64,000 bases of DNA. Source: the human T2T-CHM13v2.0 reference genome, Homo sapiens. The stretch lies in the NCBI RefSeq assembly GCF_009914755.1, contig NC_060931.1. One strand, given 5' to 3'. The notes beneath the pieces are model-generated. The model was not told the DNA's origin and made no database searches. It saw nothing but the letters and a program-made list of their open reading frames with translations. A program made the position numbers and the translations under genes. Each line of letters begins with the position of its first letter. Position 1 is the stretch's first letter. Positions 55,650-64,000 of the stretch are shown here, one piece after another.

Positions 55650-56099
55650 TGAGGTGGCCCAACCAGGAACAGGTTTCAATGAGGTGTTTTAGAAACAGTG
55701 ATGCCTGTGCACCCTGGTGAGAAGGAGCGTGGCATGAACATCAGGAACCAGACTTCACCCTAGAAAGAAGGAGAGGCCACAGGTGGGGGCTGAAGGAGCA
55801 GTTCTCACAAGCCATCCTGTGGGCACTGGGGCCACACCATGCACCTTGGTGCACAAGTGTCAATGTGGTTGAGTGGGGTAGAGGACTCAGGGCATTAAAA
55901 GCATCAAGGAATCCAGGGAGAGCCACCGCACCCAACTTTACTTTCACCCACAGACTGATGCAGCCCGAGGTCATGTTACTCCACAAGGACCTCAACTATA
56001 CACACAGAAGCTGTTTGCCAGGCCCTTGCCACAGGCTGTAATCTCAAAATGGGGGCTGTCAAGGCTTGTTAGAATACCTGCGACTCAGAGGAAAAATTT

Positions 56100-64000
<7,901 letters not shown>

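Overview
Human DNA, extremely Alu-rich; an AluYb-lineage element supports the species call. The gene order matches my recollection of the 7q11.21 segmental-duplication zone, which I could not verify here. No intact protein-coding gene is present. The backbone is a duplicated, unprocessed RABGEF1 pseudogene on the minus strand: a CpG-island promoter and exon 1 at ~45.1-46.1 kb, two 5' coding exons at ~30.5 and ~27.1 kb, and a VPS9-domain exon at ~8.3 kb. The middle and terminal exons were not found. Around it lie an orphan GTF2IRD1-like exon, processed pseudogenes of TOMM20, SAPCD2 and RPL35, a tailless 5S rRNA retrocopy, solo LTRs (LTR7/HERV-H, MER9, MER21, LTR47, MST, THE1, MLT1), DNA-transposon fossils and L1/L2 fragments. 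The most unusual signal is at ~50.6-56.0 kb on the minus strand. The unique sequence between Alu and THE1 insertions reads as a heavily decayed Ty3/Gypsy (Sushi-ichi/PEG10/RTL1-like) gag-pol unit, with knuckle, slippery-site, protease, RT and RNase H remnants in the correct order. All parent-gene and repeat comparisons are from memory of those sequences, not from a database search.
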